Below are positions 11,151 through 19,415 of a stretch of DNA of 64,000 nucleotides, piece by piece (positions within the stretch are counted from its first letter, which is position 1; each line of letters starts with the position of its first letter). The notes under the pieces were generated by a model. The model had not been told where the DNA came from, searched no databases, and saw only the letters and a list, made by a program, of their open reading frames with translations. The position numbers and the translations under genes were made by a program. The stretch is from Candidatus Hinthialibacter antarcticus. GTDB taxonomy: Bacteria > Hinthialibacterota > Hinthialibacteria > Hinthialibacterales > Hinthialibacteraceae. The stretch lies in assembly GCA_030765645.1 (NCBI GenBank), contig JAVCCE010000074.1, positions 41,551 through 105,550 of the forward strand, read 5' to 3'.

Positions 11151-11879
11151 ATGACGCCGATCCGCGCTCTCCTTTTTGATCTTGATGAAACCCTCATCAA
11201 AGACCGCGCCAGCACCATCCACTCACTCAACGCGGTCGTCCCAAAGATGCTTGAGCATGTCCCAACGCTGACGCACGACCAAATCCGCGCGGTTTTCGTG
11301 AAAACCAATAACTGGCATTGGGAAAACTTCGACGAATCGCCCATTAGCAAAATGAATGACCCATTAGAAACCCGCTCTTTTTTATGGTCATTGGCGCTAA
11401 AAGAACTGGGCGTCGAAGCCAACGGGCTTGCCAATGAGTTAGGACAAATCTATCAAGACGCGCGCCATGATTCGTTTGAACCCTATGAAGACGTCGCTGA
11501 ATTTCTGCCCGTTTTGCGCGAGCGCTATGCCCTCTATCTCGTCACCAATGGCAACCGCCTGATGCAGCGCCGTAAGTTAGAAACCACCGGCCTCACCGGA
11601 GGCTGGGAGGGCATTTTCATCGCGCAAGAACAGGGCGTCTCAAAGCCCAAGCCGCAATATTTTCAGCGCGTATTAAAAGCGGCGAAGGCTTCGCCTGATG
11701 AATGCCTGATGATCGGCGATAATCTAAACGCCGACATCCAGGGCGGCATCAACGCCGGCATCAAAACCGTCTGGATGAAGCGCCGCGACGATATGCCCGA
11801 ACATCCAGAGGTAAAACCAGACCACACGGTACAAAATTTAAAAGAACTCGTAGAGTTACTCGACAACCAATATGTCTAA
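11151..11879 (+). CDS. HAD-superfamily hydrolase (subfamily IA).
   Basis: 'LLFDLDETLI' motif I (DxD). 'LVTNG' motif II. 'GDNLNADIQGG' motif IV. Confidence 0.75.
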   Translation: MTPIRALLFDLDETLIKDRASTIHSLNAVVPKMLEHVPTLTHDQIRAVFVKTNNWHWENFDESPISKMNDPLETRSFLWSLALKELGVEANGLANELGQIYQDARHDSFEPYEDVAEFLPVLRERYALYLVTNGNRLMQRRKLETTGLTGGWEGIFIAQEQGVSKPKPQYFQRVLKAAKASPDECLMIGDNLNADIQGGINAGIKTVWMKRRDDMPEHPEVKPDHTVQNLKELVELLDNQYV

Positions 11880-12813
11880 CCAGAACCGCTCGTGGGTATT
11901 GGGCATCATCTGCGTAATCGGCGCCCAGTTTCTGTTCGGCACCACCTTCGCATTCAACAAATGGGTGATGAACCACAACATCGACCCCATCGCGCTGGGC
12001 TTTGCCCGCGCGTCGCTGGCTTCGGTTTTCATGGCGCCCTTCTTCTGGAGCGCCCGCAACACCACCCGCTGGACGCCCAAAGACTGGCGCCGGGTGGTCT
12101 TCATCGGCCTCGGCTTAAACGCCGTCGCCATTATTTGTGAATATATGGGAACCAACTTCACCAGCGCCTCCAACGCGACCCTGATTATCGCGACCGAATC
12201 GGTCTTTTCGGTGTTTCTCGCCGTGATCATTCTCAAAGAGACGCTTCACAAACAGACGGTAGTCGGCGGCGTGATCGCTCTGGCAGGCGTTGCGCTGGTG
12301 ATGTTTCGCGACATTATGCACTTTGAAGTCCACGGCGGCGCGGGCCTCTTCGGCGACGCTCTGGTGGTCGCTTCCGTTGTTTGTTGGGGTTTATTCACCA
12401 TCCTCAGCAAGAAGTTACTCAACCACTCCAACCCGATTTACACGCTGTTTTTCATTAACATATTCGCTTCGATTTCTTTGGGGATTGTCAGTGGAACACA
12501 AGGCACGCTGGCCCCCATGCTTGAAATGGACGCTTACACTTGGGCGGCGGTATTATATTTGGGGTTAATTTGCTCCGGAGGCGGTTTCTTGCTCTATTTC
12601 ACCGCGCTTAAACTTTTGCCCGCCTCAATCGTTGTTCTTACTCTGACGCTGATTCCGGTTTTTGGCGTCGTGTTTTCTATTGGATTGCTTGGCGAAGTAT
12701 TGACCCTGCCGCAAATAATCGGCGGAACATCCATCATCTGCGGGGTGACCTATGCTATGTGGCCAAGGGAAGCGCAGAAAGTCGTTAGCGAAGACGCACT
12801 GATCGGGCCGTAA
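11872..12813 (+). CDS. DMT-superfamily (EamA-like) transporter with 10 predicted TM segments.
   Basis: Two EamA-like halves with hydrophobic helices throughout. Overlaps the HAD gene stop by 8 nt, so the two are likely an operon. Confidence 0.7.
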   Translation: MSNQNRSWVLGIICVIGAQFLFGTTFAFNKWVMNHNIDPIALGFARASLASVFMAPFFWSARNTTRWTPKDWRRVVFIGLGLNAVAIICEYMGTNFTSASNATLIIATESVFSVFLAVIILKETLHKQTVVGGVIALAGVALVMFRDIMHFEVHGGAGLFGDALVVASVVCWGLFTILSKKLLNHSNPIYTLFFINIFASISLGIVSGTQGTLAPMLEMDAYTWAAVLYLGLICSGGGFLLYFTALKLLPASIVVLTLTLIPVFGVVFSIGLLGEVLTLPQIIGGTSIICGVTYAMWPREAQKVVSEDALIGP

Positions 12814-12877
12814 CCGGCTATGCACCTAAGCCGTTGAAACCATTTGGTTTCCATAAAACCTAAAGGAGATGGTTCAA

Positions 12878-14032
12878 ATGAAATGTAAATCGTTAACTGG
12901 ATTGGCTTTCGCTGTTCTGTTTGCCTGCGCCGCAACCATTGCCGCGCCGCAAGAGATGTTCAATGGAAAAGATTTAACCGGCTGGACGCCCATCGGCGGC
13001 GGCAAATGGACAGCCGAAAAAGGCGAAATCGTCGGCAAAACCGGCGACGGCGCCTATGGCTGGCTGTTGAGCGATAAAGACTACGCCAATTTTATTCTTG
13101 AATTCGACGTCAAAACCGAGGCCAAAGGCAACTCCGGCCTGCAAATCCGCTCGCATGTCGTCGAAGGCCAAATGCACGGCTACCAGGTTGAAATTGACCC
13201 GACGGTCGGGATGCACAGCGGCGGCATCTATGACGAGCATGGACGCGGCTGGCTGGCGCAACCCACCGCCGATGGCGAAAAAGCCTGGAACCCGGACGGC
13301 TGGAACCATTATCGCGTCGAAGCCATCGACGAAACCATGAAGGTGTTTATCAACGGCAAACAGATCGTCGAAGTCAAAGACGACAACGCCCGCAGCGGCG
13401 TCATCGCCCTGCAAGTGCATAGCGGCGACAACCCGCCCGTGCATGTGCGTTTCAAGAACGTCAAAATCGACGACAAAGGCCTCGGCGAAGGCTGGACGCC
13501 GCTGTTTGACGGCAAAACTCTAAACGGTTGGGAAAACATCGGCATCGAAGAATGGTCCGTGGTTGACGGCGCCATCCTGGGCATGGCGGTCACCGACGCC
13601 TATGGATACCTCGCCACCGAGAAAACCTTCAAGGACGTTGAAGTGTCGGTCTACTACCTCGCCGAAAGCAGCGGCAACAGCGGGCTGTTTTATCACTCCA
13701 CCTTCAAGGGCGTTGACGTGTCCGGCGTTCAGGCGGAGATCGACCCCAACCCCGGCAATCACACCGGCGGCCTCTACGAAAGCGCGGGCCGCGGCTGGTT
13801 GGTGCAACCCAATGAACTCGCCGAAAAGGTCATCAAACCCATCGGAAAATGGAACCACCTGCTTCTCAAGGTCAAAGGCAAACACGTTCAAACCTGGACG
13901 AATGGCCTGAAATCCGTCGATTACATCAATGAGACGCCCAAGTATTTTGACGGCGTGGTTGCGTTGCAGCTGCACAGCGGCGGCGCGGCGGGCGTACGTT
14001 TCAAGGGATTGCAATACCGCATCCCAGAGTAA
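12878..14032 (+). CDS. Secreted protein with two tandem DUF1080 (3-keto-disaccharide-hydrolase-like jellyroll) domains.
   Basis: Signal peptide. Two internal repeats share 'FNGKDL(N)GW..G...W...GEI.G..........L.....Y.NF.L..........NSG(L)'. Start set at the second ATG, 9 nt after AAGGAG, because the first ATG at 12869 abuts the SD with no spacer. Confidence 0.65.
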   Translation: MKCKSLTGLAFAVLFACAATIAAPQEMFNGKDLTGWTPIGGGKWTAEKGEIVGKTGDGAYGWLLSDKDYANFILEFDVKTEAKGNSGLQIRSHVVEGQMHGYQVEIDPTVGMHSGGIYDEHGRGWLAQPTADGEKAWNPDGWNHYRVEAIDETMKVFINGKQIVEVKDDNARSGVIALQVHSGDNPPVHVRFKNVKIDDKGLGEGWTPLFDGKTLNGWENIGIEEWSVVDGAILGMAVTDAYGYLATEKTFKDVEVSVYYLAESSGNSGLFYHSTFKGVDVSGVQAEIDPNPGNHTGGLYESAGRGWLVQPNELAEKVIKPIGKWNHLLLKVKGKHVQTWTNGLKSVDYINETPKYFDGVVALQLHSGGAAGVRFKGLQYRIPE

Positions 14033-14083
14033 ACCCAAATGACGAAATTTTGGCTCCCTATACCTCGTAGGGAGCGGCGCTCG

Positions 14084-14120
14084 AAAAGCGGCAATCAGTC
14101 TGATTGCCGCTTTTTTTTGT
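14084..14120 (+). terminator. Rho-independent terminator after the DUF1080 gene.
   Basis: Stem AGCGGCAATCA-gtc-TGATTGCCGCT (14087-14111) followed by TTTTTTTT. Confidence 0.7.
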
Positions 14121-14331
14121 GGATGCGCTGTTGCGAAAAAAAGTAACCATCTCAAAAACAATGATGACGAAAAGGGCTACGACGAATTAGAGCGTTTGAC
14201 AAAAGACTGTGCGTTAAGCGCGCCCGTAGATCTCAGCGATAGATACAGTTATGAAAACTCAATCCTCACTTCCATTCGGTTATCAGATTTGGTAGGGTGA
14301 ATGGATACTGATTCAAGCCAAAGGACCAATT

Positions 14332-15672
14332 ATGAAACGTAGAACATTTATCCAATCCGCTTCCGCTTTTGCTGTGGCGCCGTTCGCCATCGGCCAGGCA
14401 GGGCAAGCAGCCAATAGTAAACTCAACGTCGCCTTCATCGGCTCGGGCGGTCGCGCGGGAACCCACGTCGGCTTCTGCGCCAACAACGAAAACATCGTCG
14501 CCTTCTGTGACGTAGACGACGACCGCGCCGGGGACAATTACCGCAAAGCGCCCGACGCCAAACGCTTCAAAGACTTTCGCGTGATGCTCGACAAGATGGC
14601 CAAAGAGATCGACGCGGTGGTGATCTCGACGCCCGATCATACTCACTTCGCCGCGACATATTCCGCCATGGCGAACGGCAAACACGTCATGACCGAGAAG
14701 CCGCTGACTCACGATATCTGGCAGGCGCGCACCCTGCAAAAAGCAGGACATTACTTTAAGGTCGTGACCCAGATGGGCAACCAGGGCCACGCCACCGACG
14801 GCATCCGCAAGATTAAAGAATGGTATGACGCGGGCGTGACCGGCAAGGTGCACACCGTGTTGTCATCATTCGGCGGCCCGTCATTCGGCCCTGATAAATA
14901 CTTTAATATTCCAGAACAATTCCCGCCCGCCAAACAGCCGATTCCAGACCATGTCGATTGGCAACTGTGGCGCGGCCCGGTAGCGGAAAATATTGAATAC
15001 AACAGCATATACGTTCCAAAGCAATGGCGCGGCTTCTTCCACTTCGGCAACGCCCAACTGGGCGACTGGGCGTGTCACACGCTCGACGCGCCCTTCTGGG
15101 CGCTCGACCTCGGCGCGCCAACCAGTGTTGAAGTTCTCAAACGGGAGATGATCGCGAAAGATTTTGTGCCGAGACAATCGTTGTTGAAATTCACCTTCCC
15201 GGCGAACAACAAACGCGGCCCGGTGGTTCTTTACTGGGGCGACGGCGGTCTCAAAGGCCCCGTCAAATCAGAGTGGAACCTCAAAGACAACATCGGCTCG
15301 ATGTGTATGGTCGGTGAGAAAAGCGCCATCACAACGGGCGGACGCCCCAATGACCCGCGACTGGTCAACGACGACCAGTGGGACGATTTCCAGAAGAACA
15401 TGCCGGCTGAAACCATCCGCCGGATCAAAGGCGGCCATGTCAAAGAATGGGTAGACGCCATCAAAGGCGACGGCCCCACCCCCGGCTCAAACTTTGATTA
15501 TGCGTCTGGTTTGACCGAGATGACGCTGTTGGGCGTACTGGCGCAGCGCTCTGGCAAAAACATTGAGTGGGACGCGAAGAACATGCGCGTCACCAACCAC
15601 CCCGAACTCAGTTCGTATGTCCGAGAACCGGTTCGCAAAGGCTGGGAATGCGGCGACGAAGTCTGGACGTAA
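14332..15672 (+). CDS. Gfo/Idh/MocA family oxidoreductase with Tat signal (paralog 2).
   Basis: 'MKRRTFIQSASAFAVAPFAIGQA' Tat signal. 'VAFIGSGGRAGTH' Rossmann motif. 'EKPLTH' family motif. Good SD: AAAGGA-6nt-ATG. Confidence 0.8.
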   Translation: MKRRTFIQSASAFAVAPFAIGQAGQAANSKLNVAFIGSGGRAGTHVGFCANNENIVAFCDVDDDRAGDNYRKAPDAKRFKDFRVMLDKMAKEIDAVVISTPDHTHFAATYSAMANGKHVMTEKPLTHDIWQARTLQKAGHYFKVVTQMGNQGHATDGIRKIKEWYDAGVTGKVHTVLSSFGGPSFGPDKYFNIPEQFPPAKQPIPDHVDWQLWRGPVAENIEYNSIYVPKQWRGFFHFGNAQLGDWACHTLDAPFWALDLGAPTSVEVLKREMIAKDFVPRQSLLKFTFPANNKRGPVVLYWGDGGLKGPVKSEWNLKDNIGSMCMVGEKSAITTGGRPNDPRLVNDDQWDDFQKNMPAETIRRIKGGHVKEWVDAIKGDGPTPGSNFDYASGLTEMTLLGVLAQRSGKNIEWDAKNMRVTNHPELSSYVREPVRKGWECGDEVWT

Positions 15673-15751
15673 TGTCAGCGCTGTATATCAAGAAAATTTT
15701 AATCCCTCTGGGTGAATTGCCCAGGGGGATTTTTCCAAACAGGAGGCCGTC

Positions 15752-16225
15752 ATGACGCAGCAGGACGCTACTGTTGAGATCGTTGAAAAATCCGTCGAAG
15801 AGCAGATTATCGCCGGGCTGCGCTACACCGGAAAATACGAAGATTGCGGACAGTATTTCGGGCAGCTGTTCCGCAAGGTCGGCTGGGGCGCGGCGGGCAA
15901 ACCGTTCTGTCTGTATTACGACTGCGAATATAAAGCAGACGGCGCCCAGGTCGAAGTCTGCGTCCCGCTCAAGCAAGAGAAGCCAATCGAAGGGCTGGAC
16001 GTTCGCGTGTTACCGGGAGGCCGCTGCGTGAGTTTGATGCACAAAGGGCCTTACTCGGAACTCAAGCGTTCGTATGAAAAAATCGTGGCGTATTTCAAAG
16101 AGAAAGAACTTACGGTATCTAAGCTATGCCCGTCGCGCGAAATTTACCACAAAGGCCCCGGCATGATCTTTCGCGGCAATCCAAAAAACTACCTCACCGA
16201 AATCCAATTTATGATTGAGGAATAA
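15752..16225 (+). CDS. GyrI-like / AraC-effector-binding-domain small-molecule-binding protein.
   Basis: 157 aa. 'GLRYTGKYEDCGQYFGQL' and 'LPGGRCVSLMHKGPYSEL' match the GyrI-like fold pattern. No DNA-binding domain. Confidence 0.5.
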   Translation: MTQQDATVEIVEKSVEEQIIAGLRYTGKYEDCGQYFGQLFRKVGWGAAGKPFCLYYDCEYKADGAQVEVCVPLKQEKPIEGLDVRVLPGGRCVSLMHKGPYSELKRSYEKIVAYFKEKELTVSKLCPSREIYHKGPGMIFRGNPKNYLTEIQFMIEE

Positions 16226-16233
16226 GACAAGAA

Positions 16234-16983
16234 ATGAAATTGAAAACAAACCAGGGGATTATAATTTCGATATTGGTCTTATTATTCAATTTGCCTTGTT
16301 GCAAAGATCTTTATGGCAGAGAACAACTCGCAATTGCCGACAAAGGCTCCTATCTTGCTGATATCATCAGCACCTTAAAAACAGAATGGCCTACGAACCG
16401 CACAGTGAATATCATCGCGCATGGACATAGCGTACCTGCGGGATATTTCAAAACGCCAATCGTGAATACTTTCAACGCTTATCCCCATCTGATTCACAAA
16501 GCGTTAAAAGCAGAATACCCCTACAGCGTCATCAATGTCATCGTATCCGCCATCGGCGGCGAGAATTCCCTGAGCGGAGCAAAACGATTTAAAGAAGATG
16601 TATTGTCGTTAAAACCTGATGTTATTTTGATCGACTACGCATTAAACGACCGGGGAATCGGCCTTGAAAGTGCAGAAATCGCTTGGCGGGAGATGATCGA
16701 AAAATCTTTATCGAGCGGAGCCAAAGTCATTTTACTCACACCAACGGGCGATACGTCTGCCGGGATGGATGATCCCGACGATCTATTAAACCAACATGCC
16801 AAGCAAATTCGAAACCTGGCGCACGAATATCAGGTTGGCCTAGTCGACAGCCTCCAGTTATTCAAACAATACATACAACAAGGCGGCAAACTGGAAGACC
16901 TGATGTCGCAAGTCAATCACCCAAACCTACAAGGCCATCAACTGGTCGCGAATGAATTAGCGAGTTGGTTTAAAGCAGAATAA
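16234..16983 (+). CDS. SGNH/GDSL-family hydrolase, secreted.
   Basis: N-terminal signal. 'IIAHGHSVPAG' block I (Ser replaced by the Gly-His-Ser context). 'DYALNDRG' block III. 'DHPN' near the C-terminus resembles block V. Confidence 0.6.
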   Translation: MKLKTNQGIIISILVLLFNLPCCKDLYGREQLAIADKGSYLADIISTLKTEWPTNRTVNIIAHGHSVPAGYFKTPIVNTFNAYPHLIHKALKAEYPYSVINVIVSAIGGENSLSGAKRFKEDVLSLKPDVILIDYALNDRGIGLESAEIAWREMIEKSLSSGAKVILLTPTGDTSAGMDDPDDLLNQHAKQIRNLAHEYQVGLVDSLQLFKQYIQQGGKLEDLMSQVNHPNLQGHQLVANELASWFKAE

Positions 16984-16987
16984 TTGA

Positions 16988-17050
16988 GGTCGGGCGGCAA
17001 GCCAAGACGGCGCGAAGTTCGCCTCGGCGAACAGCCCTTGCCACCCGACC
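16988..17050. repeat. REP-type long hairpin GGTCGGGCGGCAAG...CTTGCCACCCGACC between convergent genes.
   Basis: 14-bp arms with one mismatch. The interior 'CCAAGaCGGCGCGAAG' matches REP motif 1 (GGCAAGCCAAGGCGTCGCGAAG) seen at 10231, 18301 and 19226. It likely also acts as a terminator. Confidence 0.6.
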
Positions 17051-17056
17051 ACAAAA

Positions 17057-17722
17057 TTAATTGTTAAAACAAAATTGGCAGCGAATAAAAATGTCGCCCC
17101 GGCTGTTCAACCCATTGGTGGCGTCAAACGGCAGCCCGCGCGTCTGGTTGCCTTGCGACGAAACCGAGTCGCCTAATATCCCGTCGGGGCCGGCGCCAAC
17201 CACTGCGTATTCACCATCTTTCAGCGGAGTGATTGTTGAAGACGATTGCTCGCGGTGCTGTAAAGCGTAAAACATCATGTCGCCCCCAGGAATCTGCGGG
17301 TCTTCATCAACATACACATACGTATCGAGGATGCTCTCAAACCCGCGTTGGTCTAATTCGCCGCGCCGGTCTAAAAACGGGTCTAACGGCACCGTCGACA
17401 TATACGCAATCGGCGACGTCAACACCGCTAAAATGAGTTTTGCCGAACGCTGCCCCGCGACGGCGGCGCCCACGTTGTTGAATTGTTCTTCTAAGATTTG
17501 CTTGCCTTCTGCGGTCTCGTAATCCCACACGTCAATCGGTAAGTAGCCCGAGTCGAGTTCTAACATTTGGACTGAAGTATAGACGCTGCGCAGGTCAGAC
17601 ATATTACGCGATAGTTTTGCCTTTACTTGCGCATTCAAAAAATTGGGCACAGCAATCGCGGCGAGAATACCAATAATCGCGACAACAATTAATAATTCGA
17701 TCAGCGTGAATCCACGTTTCAT
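17057..17722 (-). CDS. Prepilin-type N-terminal cleavage/methylation domain protein (type II secretion pseudopilin / type IV pilin-like).
   Basis: 'MKRGFTLIELLIVVAIIGILAAIAVPNF' is a canonical class-III signal (G-F-T-L-I-E). The gene lies in an AT-rich islet. Confidence 0.7.
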   Translation of the reverse strand: MKRGFTLIELLIVVAIIGILAAIAVPNFLNAQVKAKLSRNMSDLRSVYTSVQMLELDSGYLPIDVWDYETAEGKQILEEQFNNVGAAVAGQRSAKLILAVLTSPIAYMSTVPLDPFLDRRGELDQRGFESILDTYVYVDEDPQIPGGDMMFYALQHREQSSSTITPLKDGEYAVVGAGPDGILGDSVSSQGNQTRGLPFDATNGLNSRGDIFIRCQFCFNN

Positions 17723-17781
17723 TTGATTTGTCCTGTCTGTTTTTTAGATTGGATAATGCGCGTTGATGAGCCAAGCGCAGA

Positions 17782-18213
17782 TCAAATCAATAGACAGGTT
17801 GTAGCAACACACGTTTGGAGGGTGGTATTTTGAAAATAGGATTGCGTATCGTTGAAACGAAATGATTGATAGCGAACAAGGATACGAAATTTGATTTGAG
17901 AATACGCATCCTTCGGATGGGGCTGTGCGTTAATACTTTGGTTCGAACTTGTTAAAACAATATCTGGAACCGGGCGGGCGTGAGCGATGTCAAATGAACA
18001 CTCACACAAACGATCGCTATCGCTTGTGTCTATGAATCTTCCCGCGTCGTTCAATTCAACCAGGGCTGACGCGTTGCCTCTTTCAACCTCACAACATGTT
18101 TCTTCATTAACATCACACAGACACAGATGTTCACTCGCTTCGCCAAGATGCCCAAAAACCAGCGAAAGTATACAGAGAGCGCAGGTCAGTGTGTTTAAAA
18201 ACCGTCGATTCAT
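17782..18213 (-). CDS. Hypothetical secreted Cys-rich protein.
   Basis: Signal-peptide-like N-terminus and 10 Cys. No recognisable RBS. AT-rich islet. Weak call. Confidence 0.3.
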   Translation of the reverse strand: MNRRFLNTLTCALCILSLVFGHLGEASEHLCLCDVNEETCCEVERGNASALVELNDAGRFIDTSDSDRLCECSFDIAHARPVPDIVLTSSNQSINAQPHPKDAYSQIKFRILVRYQSFRFNDTQSYFQNTTLQTCVATTCLLI

Positions 18214-18290
18214 ACTTGAAAGTATATTGTTTCCATCAACTTAAATCAACAGCTTTCGTTGCCGGGAGAGAGACGAGCGCGCAGATACGG

Positions 18291-18388
18291 CTGAACCTAG
18301 TGGCGAACCAAGGCGGCGCGCAACGGCGATAACTCTTGAGATAGGGTGGCAAGGGCAAGAACGAGCAGAGCGAGTTCAGCCCTTGAGG
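18291..18388. repeat. REP array immediately 3' of the RAYT gene.
   Basis: Contains motif 1 (TGGCGAACCAAGGCGGCGCGCAACGG) and motif 2 (GGGTGGCAAGGGCAAGAACGAGCAGAGCGAGTTCAGCCCTTGAGG). 18322-18386 is identical to 19250-19314. Confidence 0.7.
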
Positions 18389-18389
18389 G

Positions 18390-18947
18390 TTAGGCTTCCC
18401 AGTATTCCCACCAGCGATCAACTCGAAAGACTTTGTCATCATCTATTTCATAATTTCTAAAACTTGAATGAGGCCATTGACCGGGAGAATTGACAAGCCT
18501 TCGTACAACAGGGTTCTGATGGCAGTATGTAAGTTTCTCAATTAGTTTTTCTTGTGTGAATATATTAAAATCATAGAAACGCTCTTGCCACAATTTATTT
18601 TCTTCAACGCCCTTTTCTCGAAACGCTTTTAATACATTGATCGAAACATACCATTTTAACGCGCCTACAATTTTCGAAATTGGTTGCTCTTGTTTGGCAG
18701 CAAGTAAAAAATGCGCATGTTCAGGCATAATGACATACCCAAAAACAAAAAACTCTTTTTTATTGCGAATATGATCTATGGAATGAAGAACGATTTTGCG
18801 AATTTCAAATGAGTCAAAAAACGGTTTTCTTTGACAGCATGATGTAGTTACAAAATGAACGTGCCCTTTTTCGTTAATGCGAACAGGATGAACCTTGTTC
18901 TTGAAATCAGGATTCAGTAATGACGAATCGTGTTTTTTTAAATTCAT
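18390..18947 (-). CDS. REP-associated tyrosine transposase (RAYT, TnpA-REP; IS200/IS605 Y1 HuH family).
   Basis: 185 aa. 'GHVHFVTT' is the Y1 N-terminal motif. 'MPEHAHFLL' is the HuH motif. 'LTYCHQNPVVRRL' holds the catalytic Tyr upstream of NPV. Lower GC than surroundings, with REP arrays on both sides. Confidence 0.8.
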   Translation of the reverse strand: MNLKKHDSSLLNPDFKNKVHPVRINEKGHVHFVTTSCCQRKPFFDSFEIRKIVLHSIDHIRNKKEFFVFGYVIMPEHAHFLLAAKQEQPISKIVGALKWYVSINVLKAFREKGVEENKLWQERFYDFNIFTQEKLIEKLTYCHQNPVVRRLVNSPGQWPHSSFRNYEIDDDKVFRVDRWWEYWEA

Positions 18948-18975
18948 TTTAGACTTAAAATACGATGAAAGATTG

Positions 18976-19012
18976 CTTCAAGGGCTGGCCTTCGGCCTTG
19001 CCCTTGCCACCC
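18976..19012. repeat. REP (reverse orientation) immediately 5' of the RAYT gene: CTTCAAGGGCTGGCCTTCGGCCTTGCCCTTGCCACCC.
   Basis: Reverse complement of the motif-2 ends (GGGTGGCAAGGGCAAG...GCCCTTGAAG) with a different central loop. Confidence 0.65.
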
Positions 19013-19220
19013 AACATCCCTGAAAAAGAAAAACCCACCGAAGTAAGCGTGCAAAGCAGAGGCCCGGCGGGTGTACTAACTATAATATTACAAACATACA
19101 CGCAAATGTCCACGGTTATTACCATACACTTTAGGAAAACATATTTAAAACGTGCGAATTAAACACAGTGTAAACAAATATCAAGTATTTGAATAGCATA
19201 AAAATGCCAAAGAATAAGAT

Positions 19221-19316
19221 GAGCCGGGTGGCGAGCCAAGGCGTCGCGAAGCGGCGATAACTCTTGAGATAGGGTGGCAAGGGCAAGAACGAGCAGAGCG
19301 AGTTCAGCCCTTGAGG
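19221..19316. repeat. REP array (motif 1 plus motif 2), a near-duplicate of 18301-18388.
   Basis: GAGCCGGGTGGCGAGCCAAGGCGTCGCGAAGCGGCGATAACTCTTGAGATAGGGTGGCAAGGGCAAGAACGAGCAGAGCGAGTTCAGCCCTTGAGG. Confidence 0.7.
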
Positions 19317-19415
19317 TAATTTGCATTGAATTTGACATAGAGAAAACAAGTAAAAACAAAACCGGGGAAAAGCAATTCGCTCTCCCCCGGTTGGTTTTCG
19401 TATGCCTTTTTCCCG

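Noticed and set aside
12869-12871. First ATG as the start of the DUF1080 gene.
   Set aside because: It directly abuts the AAGGAG Shine-Dalgarno with zero spacer. The ATG 9 nt downstream (12878) has correct spacing and begins the signal peptide.
18236-19349. ORFs 18236-18442 and 19131-19349, which share the peptide 'QGLNSLCSFLPLPPYLKSYRR'.
   Set aside because: The shared peptide is simply the translation of the identical REP array present at both places, so they are not protein-coding.
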